Assembly: GCA_963665845.2 (NCBI GenBank)
Contig: OY762492.1
Location: 1,920,001-1,984,000 of the forward strand
DNA from: Candidatus Poribacteria bacterium
GTDB taxonomy: Bacteria > Poribacteria > WGA-4E > GCA-2687025
Reading direction: 5' to 3'
DNA: 64,000 nt
Shown: one piece after another, positions 19,602-29,373 of the stretch
How the letters are laid out: each line of letters starts with the position of its first letter
How positions within the stretch are numbered: position 1 is the first letter of the stretch
Position numbers and translations under genes: made by a program
The notes under the pieces: model-generated
What the model saw: the letters and a program-made list of their open reading frames with translations, nothing else
Database searches by the model: none
Told to the model about the DNA's origin: nothing

Positions 19602-21021
19602 ACGCTTTTTCACCTATAAAACGCTTGAAAGCCTGCAAGAAGAGATCGATCGGCTCAACGCGCCTGTCCGTCTTGAAACCGACCTGGAGGCATGTTTTGA
19701 GCCGCTTCCGATACGGCATCGTACCGCCGGAAGCCGCCTCGCCGTTCACCCGATGGAGGGCTGCGACGGAACCGCGGACGGCAAACCGGGCGAATTGACC
19801 ATACGGCGCTGGGAGCGTTTCGGAGCGGGCGGAGCCAAACTGATCTGGGGAGAAGCGACCGCCGTATCGGAGGAGTCCAGGGCGAACAAGCGGCAGCTGC
19901 TCATCAACGACGCGAACCTGTCGGCGCTGGAAGCGATGCTCGTCAAAACGCGGAAGGCGCACCGAGATGTTTTTGGCGCGGACGGCGACCTGCTCGTTGG
20001 GCTTCAGTTGACTCACTCAGGGCGGTACTCCTTTAAAAAGCCGCTCATCGCGCAGCGCGATCCAGACGTGGACGCCGTGACGAGAGGCGTCGCCGACTCT
20101 GAAACCTATCCGATACTGACCGACGAGGAGCTTAAAACGGCGGCTGATCAGATCGTCCATGCGGCGATGATGGCGGCAAAGATCGGCTTCGATTTTGTGG
20201 ACATCAAGCAGTGCCATCGGTATCTGTTGTCAGAGCTGCTGGCGGCGCGCCTGCGTCCAGGACCCTACGGCGGATCGTACGAAAACCGAACGCGCCTCGC
20301 CCGCGAGATCATTCAGCGCGTCAAGGAGAAGATTGGAAAGGATACGCTGATAGGAACGCGCCTGAATGTGTACGACGGCATTCCTTACGGAGAAAATCTG
20401 GACACGAAGGAGGGAGAGCCGAGGCGCGTCTCATCCCCGTATCTCGGCGGATGGGGCGTGGACGCGGAGAACCCGATTCAGCCCGACTATTCCGAGCCGA
20501 TCCGCTACGCTAAAGACCTTGCCGAATGGGGCGTTGACCTCATCAACGCGACGATGGGAAGCCCCTACTACAACCCGCATGTCGGCCGCCCGTTTGAGCG
20601 TCCGCCCATCGACGGCTACACGACGCCTGAACATCCGCTGTTCGGCGTCGTTCGGCACTTTGAGGCGGCGGAAGCGATTCAGCGCGCCGCGCCGAATGTC
20701 CCTGTCATAGGGACCGGCTACAGCTGGCTTCAGCGGTTCTTTATCTATGCGGCGGAGGCGAATATCCGAGACGGGCGCGTCTCGGCGGTCGGCGTCGGGC
20801 GGGGCGGGCTGGCGTATCCCGACTTCGCCGTAGACGCGCGGCGGGACGGCGAGTTGAGCCGTCAAAAGTCATGCGTCGCCGTCAGCTACTGCACGGCTCT
20901 CATGCGCGGCAAGCACAACGAGCTGGGGCAATTCCCGGCGGGCTGCGTCCCGCGCGACAAGATCTACGCCGAAATCTACAAAACGATGCTGGCGACCGAT
21001 CCGTCCAAGGCGGACGGCTAA
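19594..21021 (+). CDS. NADH:flavin oxidoreductase (Old Yellow Enzyme family)
   Basis: HPMEGCDG, LQLTHSGR, DIKQCHRYLLSELL, YGGSYENRTR. Start at MPKRFF. Confidence 0.87.
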   Translation: MPKRFFTYKTLESLQEEIDRLNAPVRLETDLEACFEPLPIRHRTAGSRLAVHPMEGCDGTADGKPGELTIRRWERFGAGGAKLIWGEATAVSEESRANKRQLLINDANLSALEAMLVKTRKAHRDVFGADGDLLVGLQLTHSGRYSFKKPLIAQRDPDVDAVTRGVADSETYPILTDEELKTAADQIVHAAMMAAKIGFDFVDIKQCHRYLLSELLAARLRPGPYGGSYENRTRLAREIIQRVKEKIGKDTLIGTRLNVYDGIPYGENLDTKEGEPRRVSSPYLGGWGVDAENPIQPDYSEPIRYAKDLAEWGVDLINATMGSPYYNPHVGRPFERPPIDGYTTPEHPLFGVVRHFEAAEAIQRAAPNVPVIGTGYSWLQRFFIYAAEANIRDGRVSAVGVGRGGLAYPDFAVDARRDGELSRQKSCVAVSYCTALMRGKHNELGQFPAGCVPRDKIYAEIYKTMLATDPSKADG

Positions 21022-21203
21022 TCGCCTGGGCCGGCGACAGCGTATGCATAGACCGCGGCGACCGTCCCGACGATCATGAGCGTGAACCATGCGACGAGCG
21101 GCATGCCCGGTCCCCAGACCGTCACATACGCCATCGCAGAAAAGATGAGCGCGAAGAAAAAGACGCCGTAGATGATCAGTACCGTTTTGACTTTAGTCGT
21201 CAT
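21018..21203 (-). CDS. Small two-TM membrane protein
   Basis: 61 aa with two hydrophobic segments. GGAG RBS and a TTGACA-N17-CATCAT promoter lie upstream. Confidence 0.65.
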   Translation of the reverse strand: MTTKVKTVLIIYGVFFFALIFSAMAYVTVWGPGMPLVAWFTLMIVGTVAAVYAYAVAGPGD

Positions 21204-21278
21204 GGAAACTCCGTAATTCAGCGATCCGCTTTGCTTGTATGATGCGCCTATTCCGCCGCTGTGTCAACATAAACTGCT

Positions 21279-21442
21279 GACCTCGCGCCGAAAGTTGGGA
21301 CATTTGAACCGACGATCGCTCTATTCATGGGAAAAAGGCGCCGCTAACCAAGCCGTCATTCCCGCTTAAGCGGGAATCTAGAGGCGGCACAGAAACCGTC
21401 CGCGTTCGCCCGCCGACATGTCCCAACTAAAGACTCAAGGTC
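21279..21442 (+). mobile_element. Complete family A MITE-like element (164 bp)
   Basis: Imperfect TIRs GACCTCGCGCCGAAAGTTGGGACAT and ATGTCCCAACTAAAGACTCAAGGTC, with an internal GTCATTCCCGCTTAAGCGGGAATC palindrome. No ORF. Confidence 0.85.
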
Positions 21443-21453
21443 AGCTGAACTGG

Positions 21454-21482
21454 TTGACATTTTGGATTTGTTCGTTTATGTT
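21454..21482 (+). promoter_or_regulatory. sigma70-type promoter of the tRNA pair
   Basis: TTGACA-N17-TATGTT, ending 9 nt before the tRNA. Confidence 0.75.
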
Positions 21483-21491
21483 TAAGTCGGC

Positions 21492-21567
21492 GGGGCTGTA
21501 GCTCAGCGGTCAGAGCCTCCGGCTCATAACCGGCAGGTCCCAGGTTCGAATCCTGGCGGCCCCACCA
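21492..21567 (+). tRNA. tRNA with CAT anticodon (probably Ile2, otherwise Met)
   Basis: GGGGCTG/CGGCCCC acceptor stem, CCGG-CTCATAA-CCGG anticodon arm, GGTTCGAATCC T-loop, encoded CCA. Confidence 0.93.
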
Positions 21568-21574
21568 GCGGAAC

Positions 21575-21649
21575 GGGGCGCTAGCTCAGGGGTAGAGCGC
21601 TATCTTCACACGGTAGATGCCGCTGGTTCAAATCCAGCGCGCCCCACCA
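21575..21649 (+). tRNA. tRNA-Val(CAC)
   Basis: GGGGCGC/GCGCCCC acceptor stem, CTATC-TTCACAC-GGTAG anticodon arm, GGTTCAAATCC T-loop, CCA. Confidence 0.95.
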
Positions 21650-21680
21650 TTTCCCGCTGTAGAACTTGAACGGAATCGTC

Positions 21681-22409
21681 ATGTATCTGGAATCATTGAC
21701 GCGGCGGGAGCTGGAGGCGGTCTCGCGCGAATGTGTGGCTATACTGCCCCTCGGAAGCTGCGAACAGCACGGCGCCCATCTCGCCTTCGGCATCGACAAT
21801 CTCATTCTGCGGCGGCTCATTGAGCAAGTGGAAACGCGCCTCTCCGAGCGCGCGCTCTGGCTGCCGATACTCCCGTACGCCCATTCAGGACAGCATCGCG
21901 CCTACCCCGGTACCGTCAGCCTTCCGCCCGCGCTCTACACCGAAGCGGCCGCCGCCGTTCTCGACAGCATGGCGGAGGCGGGCTTCACAAAAGCGCTCCT
22001 GTTGAACGGTCAACGCGGAAACGAAGCGCCGATGGAAATCGTCCTGCGCATCCTGCGGGATCGGCGCGCCGGGTTTGCCGCGGCGGGCGTCTCCTACTGG
22101 AACCTGCTCGACAAAGCGGCTGACGACGGCTTCGTCAACCATGCGGGCGGGCTTGAAACCTCCCTCGCGCTTTTCTTGGCGCCTGAACATGCGCGGATGG
22201 AGCATGCCGCCGCCGACGGGGTGCGGCGCGCCTCCGCCTACTCCGCCAAAACCATCAATTACGCGCGGGTTGATCAGCAGTCGCGCGGCGGCGGACTCGG
22301 CGACCCAGAAAACGCCTCCGCCGAACTGGGCAAGAAGGCGTTTCATGAAGCCGCCGAACGGCTCGCGGAGCTGATCAACGACCTGCATGACGGACTGATC
22401 GCGTTGTAG
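21681..22409 (+). CDS. Creatininase family protein
   Basis: LPLGSCEQHGAHL, LNGQRGN, HAGGLETS, GDP..ASAELG. Confidence 0.85.
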   Translation: MYLESLTRRELEAVSRECVAILPLGSCEQHGAHLAFGIDNLILRRLIEQVETRLSERALWLPILPYAHSGQHRAYPGTVSLPPALYTEAAAAVLDSMAEAGFTKALLLNGQRGNEAPMEIVLRILRDRRAGFAAAGVSYWNLLDKAADDGFVNHAGGLETSLALFLAPEHARMEHAAADGVRRASAYSAKTINYARVDQQSRGGGLGDPENASAELGKKAFHEAAERLAELINDLHDGLIAL

Positions 22410-22433
22410 ACCGCGTTGTAGAAGGAGAGCCGC

Positions 22434-23861
22434 ATGCCGCTCTTGAGCGCGCCGACGCCCCAGCTGACGGAAGCGCAGCTGTGCCAAACTTGGCTGCGCC
22501 CGGGTCTTCTGCGTTCGCCGCTGCGCTCTATCGACGGGCGAATCATTGAGCGGATCGACCCAGGGCGTTGGAACTTGGGCGACGGACCCGATTTTTTAGG
22601 CGCGTCGCTCAAGATCGACGGCGCGCTGAAACGGGGCGATGTGGAGTTTCATCTCAACAGCGGCGACTGGACAATTCATCGCCACCATCTGGACGCGCGG
22701 TATGAGCGGGTCGCGCTGCATGCGGCGCTGAATCATACGGGCGGCGGGCTGTATGTGCGCGACTCAAGCCTGCGGCCGGTGCCGATTGTGGAGCTGCGCT
22801 CGCAGTTGACCTTTCCGCTAGGGGAGCTGCCGCGCATGCTGGAGATCTCCCCAGAAACGCGCGAATGCCCCCTGCCGGACGGCGACCCGCCGACCGAGGC
22901 GCGCCTTGACCATATCGAAACGATGGCGGACATACGGCTGCTGCGGCGCGTGGAGAAGATGGAGGAGCTGGCGAACGCCTACTCTCTGGAGGAGGCGTTT
23001 TATCAGGCGCTGGGGGACGCGCTCGGATATTCGGAGAACCGCGCGGGGTTTGCGAAGTTGACCCACCGCGTTCCGCTGCGTTCGCTGATAGGGCTGCCGC
23101 CGCTGGAGATCGAAGCGCGTCTGCTTGGGACGGCGGGGCTGATTCCGCCGCCTGAAACGGACGAGCGGGCGGCGCTGCTGCGTCGGCTCTGGGCGGCGTA
23201 CCGCAAGACTCGACCGAACCCGCGCATGGGCGCGATGTCGCGTCAGGAATGGCGGTTCGCCCCTGTCCGCAGAGGCAACGCCCCGACCCGGCGGGTTGCG
23301 GCTTTGGCGGCGTTGACGGCGCGGCATGCCGACCGTCCGGGAAGCATGCTGGACGGCATGATCAAAGAAGCGGCGCAGGGCGTTCCAAGCCGCGGATGGC
23401 GCCGGCGCTGGGAGTACTTTTCGGCGAGATGCGGCGGTCAAGGAGACGACTACTGGGCGGAACATGACGAGATCGGCAAGCCGTCCAAGCGCCGTTCGCT
23501 CCGTCTGGTGGGCGAATCGCGCGCGCGGGACATCTGGATCAACGCGGCGCTGCCGGCTCTCGTCTTGACGGCGGAACGGCGCGGAGACGAACCGCTTCGG
23601 GAACGCGCCTTTCAGCTTTACCGCGGACATCCGCCGCTGCAATCAAATTACAAAACGCGCTGGATCGCCGAAAACGCGCTGCGCCTGCCTGCAGGTTCCG
23701 ACAAGCGCATGACAGCGCGCCAGCAGCAGGGCGCCATCGACCTGTATTCGTTGTTTTGCCGCCCTCGGCGGTGCGCGGAATGTCCGCTACTCGGCGCGAG
23801 AAGCCCTGCGGCGGTCCATGTAGAGAATCAGGCGCAGTATGTGATTGAGCGTCAGATGTAG
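22434..23861 (+). CDS. DUF2851 family protein
   Basis: PGRWN..GPDF, GDVEFH..DW..H.HH.D.RY..V.LH, GYSEN, C-terminal C...RC.EC. Confidence 0.8.
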   Translation: MPLLSAPTPQLTEAQLCQTWLRPGLLRSPLRSIDGRIIERIDPGRWNLGDGPDFLGASLKIDGALKRGDVEFHLNSGDWTIHRHHLDARYERVALHAALNHTGGGLYVRDSSLRPVPIVELRSQLTFPLGELPRMLEISPETRECPLPDGDPPTEARLDHIETMADIRLLRRVEKMEELANAYSLEEAFYQALGDALGYSENRAGFAKLTHRVPLRSLIGLPPLEIEARLLGTAGLIPPPETDERAALLRRLWAAYRKTRPNPRMGAMSRQEWRFAPVRRGNAPTRRVAALAALTARHADRPGSMLDGMIKEAAQGVPSRGWRRRWEYFSARCGGQGDDYWAEHDEIGKPSKRRSLRLVGESRARDIWINAALPALVLTAERRGDEPLRERAFQLYRGHPPLQSNYKTRWIAENALRLPAGSDKRMTARQQQGAIDLYSLFCRPRRCAECPLLGARSPAAVHVENQAQYVIERQM

Positions 23862-24377
23862 ATCCTCCACGACGCCGTAGTCGGAGCTGTCGGCAACGAA
23901 AGCGATGTCGCTGATACGGGCAAGTTCGCCGCCGCCGAAGCCTGTTACGCCGACGACTCGGCATCCCATCGCTTTCGCCAGACGGGCGGCGCGAAGCACA
24001 TTCTCCGACATGCCGCTCGCGCTGATTCCGACAGCCACATCCCCTTCCCGCGCCAGGCTGCGCAGCTGCTCGGCGAAGATGTCCTCATAGCTGAAGTCGT
24101 TTGCCCAGGCGGTGATGAGCGCGTTGTTGTCGGTCAGGCTGACGACGCGGAGAGGCGGTCCGGCGCCGTCATCCTCTTCAACAAGCGTTCCTTTGGCGAG
24201 ATCGCATGCCCAGTGGGAGGCGGTGGAGGCGCTGCCGCCGTTGCCGAACACGAAGACGCATGCGCCTCGTTCGCGCGCGTCTATGAGCGTTTCGGCGATC
24301 TCTTGAACCGTTTCTTTTGAGACGGCATTCAGCGCGTTTTGCAGGTCGTTCAGATAGGAATTGATCAGTTCAATCAC
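23787..24377 (-). CDS. gmhA: SIS-domain sugar-phosphate isomerase (GmhA-like)
   Basis: GNGGSASTASH, TAWAND..YE.IF, ISASG.S.NV, EDLH. Confidence 0.8.
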   Translation of the reverse strand: MIELINSYLNDLQNALNAVSKETVQEIAETLIDARERGACVFVFGNGGSASTASHWACDLAKGTLVEEDDGAGPPLRVVSLTDNNALITAWANDFSYEDIFAEQLRSLAREGDVAVGISASGMSENVLRAARLAKAMGCRVVGVTGFGGGELARISDIAFVADSSDYGVVEDLHLTLNHILRLILYMDRRRASRAE

Positions 24378-25080
24378 GTATTTTTGCCGCCCTTTTTGCT
24401 AAATCTTTGGCGTCTTGGATGCCTTGCGCAGCTTTGCCGCTGTCGTATCGCAGGGAGAAGACAACCGCTTTTCCGCTGAATCGATAGGCGGCTCCGATGC
24501 GCAGCCCTTCCTCATACTGCCGCTCCAGTCCGATCAGAAACTCGCCGCCGTCCCATTCGGCGAGGGCGCGCAGGTCGCTGTTGAAGGCGAACCATTTTTT
24601 TTCAAACGATCCGAACGGGCGCGTTCTATCCTCCCCCTCCTCCTCCGAAAGCCGATGGCGGACGCCGGCGCTGCATCGGAAAAAGCCGGCGGAGGGCAGG
24701 TTCAGCTCTTTTGTCAGTACCGCATGCGCCTCTGCCGGCGCATGTTCCGCCCCGATGAAAGCGGCGCCGACCGCAACCGCGGGAACGGCGCCGCTTTCTT
24801 GAATCAACTGAAGGCGCGCGTTCCAGTGAAGTTTCTCCCGCTCATCCCAGACCGCTCCGATCAGCATCCATGGGAACGCGCCCGCTTCAAAGGCGGCTCC
24901 CGCCTCATTTCGTTCAAAAGGGGAAACGACGCTGTAACTGCCGATAACGCCAAACGCGCACACCCCCTGCCGCATCGTTTCGGCGGTTGGCGTGGAGACG
25001 GCTCCCGCGCCCTGAAAGTAGCTCTGGGCGGACGCCGCGAAGGCGGAGAGCGCCAGAAGCAGACAAAGCGCCGCTCTCAT
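24370..25080 (-). CDS. Secreted/outer-membrane YjbH-domain-like protein
   Basis: Signal peptide, G.GAVSTPTA, PAVAVG, AEWDG, alternating beta-strand pattern. Confidence 0.55.
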   Translation of the reverse strand: MRAALCLLLALSAFAASAQSYFQGAGAVSTPTAETMRQGVCAFGVIGSYSVVSPFERNEAGAAFEAGAFPWMLIGAVWDEREKLHWNARLQLIQESGAVPAVAVGAAFIGAEHAPAEAHAVLTKELNLPSAGFFRCSAGVRHRLSEEEGEDRTRPFGSFEKKWFAFNSDLRALAEWDGGEFLIGLERQYEEGLRIGAAYRFSGKAVVFSLRYDSGKAAQGIQDAKDLAKRAAKIRD

Positions 25081-25793
25081 TCGCCTCCCCCAAGATAGGC
25101 GTTCTGAATGCTCGGATCGTTCAGCAGCTCCTTGGCGCCCCCCTCCATTGCGAGCCGCCCCGTTTCCATGACATAGGCGCGCTGGGCGGTTTCCAGCGCC
25201 ATCTTGGCGTTCTGTTCAACAAGCAGAATGGTGGATCCGCTTTGTTGAAGCCGCTCAATGATCTCGAAGATCTGTTTCACAAGAAGCGGAGCCAGTCCCA
25301 GCGAAGGCTCGTCTAAAAGCAGGAGGCGCGGTTTCGCCATGAGCGCCCTGCCGATGGCGCACATCTGCTGCTCGCCGCCGGAGAGGCTCCCGGCGGGCTG
25401 CTTCCTCCGCTCTTTGAGGCGCGGAAACAGCTCAAACACATACTCCATGTCGTCGCGCGTCTCCTGCCCTTTTTTGCGGAGATAGGCGCCCATCTCCAGA
25501 TTCTCGGCGACGGTCAGCTCCGAGAACAGCTTGCGCCCTTCAGGAACCTGCGACAGCCCAAGCCGCACCACATCTTTTGTCGGGCGGTTCGCAATCTCCT
25601 GCCCGTCCAGAAGGATGGAGCCGCCTGTGACGCGCACGATGCCGCAAATAGCGTTCAGCGTCGTCGTTTTTCCGGCTCCGTTGGCGCCGATGATCGTTAC
25701 GATCTCTCCCTGTTCAACGCTGATGTTGATACCATGCAGCGCCTCCAGGCGTCCGTAGGCGGCGCGCGCGTCTTTCAGTTCAAGAAGGGGCAT
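25077..25793 (-). CDS. livF: Branched-chain amino acid ABC transporter ATP-binding protein
   Basis: GANGAGKTT, LSGGEQQM, LDEPSLGLAP, VEQN. Confidence 0.93.
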   Translation of the reverse strand: MPLLELKDARAAYGRLEALHGINISVEQGEIVTIIGANGAGKTTTLNAICGIVRVTGGSILLDGQEIANRPTKDVVRLGLSQVPEGRKLFSELTVAENLEMGAYLRKKGQETRDDMEYVFELFPRLKERRKQPAGSLSGGEQQMCAIGRALMAKPRLLLLDEPSLGLAPLLVKQIFEIIERLQQSGSTILLVEQNAKMALETAQRAYVMETGRLAMEGGAKELLNDPSIQNAYLGGGE

Positions 25794-26082
25794 CTGTCAG
25801 CTCCTGTTCTGCATTGCCGCCGGCGAGGATGGAAAGACAATGCGGGCATTTGACCGCTTTAGAATGAATGCGCCGTTTGCAGTATGCGCATGGACTCCCC
25901 GACAAGAGCAAGATAAGCAAGCCGACCGGACCAAGCAAAAGCCCCGCAAGGAAACCTCCAACCTTCGTATCTCCTCTCTTGTCCGCGATGTAGATTCCGA
26001 TCAGCGCGAACATTGCGACAAAAAAGAAGAAGCAGAGAAACGCGGCGGCGTCGGAGTCGATATGGATTGGGATGACCGGCAA
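25780..26082 (-). CDS. Small membrane protein with C-terminal zinc ribbon
   Basis: TM segments, GFLAGLLLGPVGL, CAYC...CPHC. Probable TTG start. Confidence 0.7.
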   Translation of the reverse strand: MPVIPIHIDSDAAAFLCFFFFVAMFALIGIYIADKRGDTKVGGFLAGLLLGPVGLLILLLSGSPCAYCKRRIHSKAVKCPHCLSILAGGNAEQELTDAPS

Positions 26083-26084
26083 GG

Positions 26085-26978
26085 TTACGCTCCCAGATAA
26101 GCGGCGATGACGTCAGGGTTGGAGCGCACCTCCTGCGGCTCTCCTTCGCCGATCTTGCGCCCGTAATCCAGCACGACGATTCGGTCGGAGATCTCCATGA
26201 CCAGTTTCATATCATGCTCAATGAGAAAGACGGTGACTCCCGCTTCAGCGATTTTTCCGATCAGTTCGATCAGATCGTTCGTTTCGGTGGCGTTCATGCC
26301 GGCGGCGGGTTCGTCCAGGAGGAGCAGTTTCGGGTTCGCGGCGAGGGCGCGGGCGATTTCAAGGCGGCGCTGTTCCCCGTAGGCGAGTTCGTCCGCGTCT
26401 TCCCATGCGCGGTCTTTTAATCCGACAAATTCAAGATACTGCATGGCGGCGGCGGCGACGCTGCGCTCTTCACGGTTGTGGCGCGGGGAACGGAGAACGC
26501 TGTCCAGCGCGCCGCTTTTGACGCGCGCATGCAAGCCGACCTTCACATTGTCGAGCGCGGACAGGTCGGTGAAAAGCCGTATGTTCTGAAAGGTGCGCGC
26601 GACGCCGAGACGCGCGACCGAGTCGGGATGGCGCGGGCGGTAGTACAGCCGCCTTGAAAGCGGCGGAACGGCAAGGGCGAGCGCGCCGAGACCCAGCGTC
26701 GCCGCGCACAAGACCGTCGTATAGAAGGAATCGAACACCGGCTTGGCAAGGTCGATGGAAGAATCGCCGTCATGAAAAAGGATGCGCCCTTTCGTCGGCT
26801 CATAAAGCCCTGTGATGAGGTTGAAGACGGTCGTTTTGCCGGCTCCGTTCGGACCGATGAGGCTTGTGATAATGCCGGCATGCGCCTCAAACGAGACATC
26901 GTCAACGGCGCGCACTCCGCCGAAATGCTTCGACAGGTTTTCTAAGGTGAGGATGGGGGTTCCGTTGGCGCCGCTCAT
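26085..26978 (-). CDS. livG: Branched-chain amino acid ABC transporter ATP-binding protein
   Basis: GPNGAGKTT, RTFQNIRLF, LAYGEQRRLEIARA, DEPAAG, IEHDM, AYLG. Confidence 0.92.
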   Translation of the reverse strand: MSGANGTPILTLENLSKHFGGVRAVDDVSFEAHAGIITSLIGPNGAGKTTVFNLITGLYEPTKGRILFHDGDSSIDLAKPVFDSFYTTVLCAATLGLGALALAVPPLSRRLYYRPRHPDSVARLGVARTFQNIRLFTDLSALDNVKVGLHARVKSGALDSVLRSPRHNREERSVAAAAMQYLEFVGLKDRAWEDADELAYGEQRRLEIARALAANPKLLLLDEPAAGMNATETNDLIELIGKIAEAGVTVFLIEHDMKLVMEISDRIVVLDYGRKIGEGEPQEVRSNPDVIAAYLGA

Positions 26979-28132
26979 GATCCGCCGCCGATTTCATACA
27001 GTGAATTTTTGCCGCTGTCGGGCGGTATCTCGGTCGGCTTGGCGCGGGAGCGGGTGATCAACCCCTGCGGGCGGAAAAGCATGACGACGACCAGCAGCGC
27101 GCCGAAGAACAGAAGCCGCGAGTCGTCCGGTATATCCAGCGTCTTCAGCCCCCATCGCAGCGCTTCGCTCAGCCCTGTTACGATGAAGGTTCCGCCGAGG
27201 ACGCCGGCGATGGAACCCATCCCCCCCAGCACAACGCAGCAGAGAATGATGACCGAAAACCATGTATCGAAGAAGCTGGTGGAGATCACATTGTTTCGAA
27301 AACCGAGGAGCGCGCCCCCGACGCCGGCGATGAAGGCGGAGATGGCAAATGCGGTCATTTTGTATCGGGCAAGGTTGACCCCGCTCGACATGGCGGAGGT
27401 TTCGTCCGCTTTGATGGCGAGCCATGCCCTGCCCGTTCTAGAGCGCTCCAGCCGCCAGATTCCCAGAATGGTGAGCGCCAGAATCCCAAGGCACAGATAA
27501 TAGAATTCGGTCGTGTTGCCGAACCAGAGACCGTCGTATCCCCATACCTCGTCGTATCTCCATACCCCGTCTGAACGGAGCAGCCCCTCGTATTCGCCGC
27601 CTGTCAGTTTGGCTCCCCACAGGTTGACGGCGGGGTACCCTTTTAAGCCTTGCCCTCCGCCGGTGAGCCAGGATTCGTTGCGCTGAACGATGCGCACAAT
27701 TTCGGCAAACGCCAAGGTGACGATGGCGTAATAGTCGCCCGACAGGCGCAGAGTCGGCGCGCCGCGTATCAACCCCCATACCGCCGCATGCAGCCCGCCC
27801 GCTATTAGCACAATGACAAACGAGTACGGAAACTGCATCCATTCCCGGTCGTATAAGATAGCGGCGGTGTAGGCACCGATCGATGCGAAGACGACGACGC
27901 CGATGTCCAGCAGCCCCGTCAACCCCGTGACCACATTCAGCCCCAGCGCGACGATGGAGAAGATGACGCACAGCTGCACAACATTGATATAATCGCGTCC
28001 AGGCTCCCCGGGAAGCCGGGTGATGAGCGGCGAAAGCGCGACGATGACCGCGATCAGTATGAAAACGGCGCGGAGCGGACTGCGCAGGCTTTCGGCGATC
28101 CATTGAGGCGCTTTCGACAGATATTTCTCCAT
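26975..28132 (-). CDS. livM: Branched-chain amino acid ABC transporter permease
   Basis: GLNVVTGLTGLLD.G, LRLSGDYYAIVTLAFAE, GRAWLAIK.DE, VLGGMGS, RPQG. Confidence 0.9.
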   Translation of the reverse strand: MEKYLSKAPQWIAESLRSPLRAVFILIAVIVALSPLITRLPGEPGRDYINVVQLCVIFSIVALGLNVVTGLTGLLDIGVVVFASIGAYTAAILYDREWMQFPYSFVIVLIAGGLHAAVWGLIRGAPTLRLSGDYYAIVTLAFAEIVRIVQRNESWLTGGGQGLKGYPAVNLWGAKLTGGEYEGLLRSDGVWRYDEVWGYDGLWFGNTTEFYYLCLGILALTILGIWRLERSRTGRAWLAIKADETSAMSSGVNLARYKMTAFAISAFIAGVGGALLGFRNNVISTSFFDTWFSVIILCCVVLGGMGSIAGVLGGTFIVTGLSEALRWGLKTLDIPDDSRLLFFGALLVVVMLFRPQGLITRSRAKPTEIPPDSGKNSLYEIGGGS

Positions 28133-28136
28133 GTCT

Positions 28137-29345
28137 CTACGCTCTTTCCGCGGCGGAGGAGCCGAGTATGCCGGTTGGACGAATGAGAATAACAAGAATC
28201 AGAATCGCAAAGGCGAAAGCGAGCGAGTATCGGCTGCTGATCTCAAGCCAGTCGGCGATATACGCTCTGGATATGGTCTCGACGATGCCGAAGATGAATC
28301 CGCCTAAAATGGCTCCGCGTATATTGCCGATGCCGCCCAGCACCGCCGCGGAGAAGGCTAAAAATCCAGGTTGATACCCCATGCGGAAATTGATGCCGCT
28401 GCCGAGATACAGCCCAAACAGGATGCCGGCGGCGGCCGCCATTGCCGACCCGATCGCAAAGGTGAGCGCGATGATTCGGTTGACATCGATGCCCATCAGC
28501 GCCGCGGTTTCTTGGTCTAAGGAGCATGCGCGCATCGCGATTCCGACGCGCGTCCGCTTCACGAGCGCCTCAAGGGCGACCGTAAAGACAGCGGTCGTCG
28601 CCCAGATTAACAGTACCTTCCAAGATATGTCGACCGGACCCTTTCCGATCTGGATCGATACGGCGGGCTTGTCGAGAAAATGGCGCAGGCTTTGTCCGAT
28701 GGACGGATTTTCCAGTCCAAGGTCAGGGTTCTCGGCTCTCATTTCGTTCAATAAGGCGTTCGCTTCGCGGCTGATCGCCCTTCTCGTTTCGGTTTCGCCG
28801 GTCGCAAGGGGAAATTCGACGATGAGCCGATCTTCTTCACGTATCATCTTTTTGACTTTCGCCGGCGCGTCCTGCTTCGGCATCGAGAGCCGTTCTTCTA
28901 GAGCGTCTAAAAAGGCGGGCCCGTTCTCTTCTGCCTTCTCTCCCTGCGCTTGAACGGCGCGCGCCGGGTAAAGGTCAGGAAATGTCCGATGGTTTGCCGA
29001 CCAGATCAGCATCGCTAGGTTCTGTAAAAACAGCGACATGCCGATGGCGGTGATCAGCGCCGCCAGACGGGGGGAACGGCGCAGCGGTTTATACGCCGCC
29101 CAGTCGAGCATGATGCCCAGAACGGCGCACATAACCATCGAAGCGGGAAGGGCGAGATAAAGCGGAACGCCGACCCCAATCAGCAATATGCCGGCGAAGG
29201 CTCCCATCATATAAATTTCGCCGTGCGCAAAGTTGATCAGTTTGATGATGCCGTACACCATCGTGTATCCGACGGCGATGAGCGCATAGATTCCGCCCAT
29301 CGTGAGAGCGTTCACCGTTTGATTGGTGAGCAGGTTCAAATCCAT
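28137..29345 (-). CDS. livH: Branched-chain amino acid ABC transporter permease
   Basis: GYTMVYGIIKLINFAHGE, ALMGID, AAVLGGIG, RPTGILG. Start at MDLNLL. Confidence 0.9.
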   Translation of the reverse strand: MDLNLLTNQTVNALTMGGIYALIAVGYTMVYGIIKLINFAHGEIYMMGAFAGILLIGVGVPLYLALPASMVMCAVLGIMLDWAAYKPLRRSPRLAALITAIGMSLFLQNLAMLIWSANHRTFPDLYPARAVQAQGEKAEENGPAFLDALEERLSMPKQDAPAKVKKMIREEDRLIVEFPLATGETETRRAISREANALLNEMRAENPDLGLENPSIGQSLRHFLDKPAVSIQIGKGPVDISWKVLLIWATTAVFTVALEALVKRTRVGIAMRACSLDQETAALMGIDVNRIIALTFAIGSAMAAAAGILFGLYLGSGINFRMGYQPGFLAFSAAVLGGIGNIRGAILGGFIFGIVETISRAYIADWLEISSRYSLAFAFAILILVILIRPTGILGSSAAERA

Positions 29346-29373
29346 GTCGCCGCTCGGGCTGTTGCGGCAGGTC

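Noticed and set aside
21279-21442. Assignment of the MITE-like elements to a named IS family
   Set aside because: There is no transposase in the window and no clear target duplication, so the family cannot be supported from sequence alone.
21492-21649. tRNA as integration site of an island
   Set aside because: No duplicated tRNA 3' end or integrase was seen, and the downstream genes look host-like.
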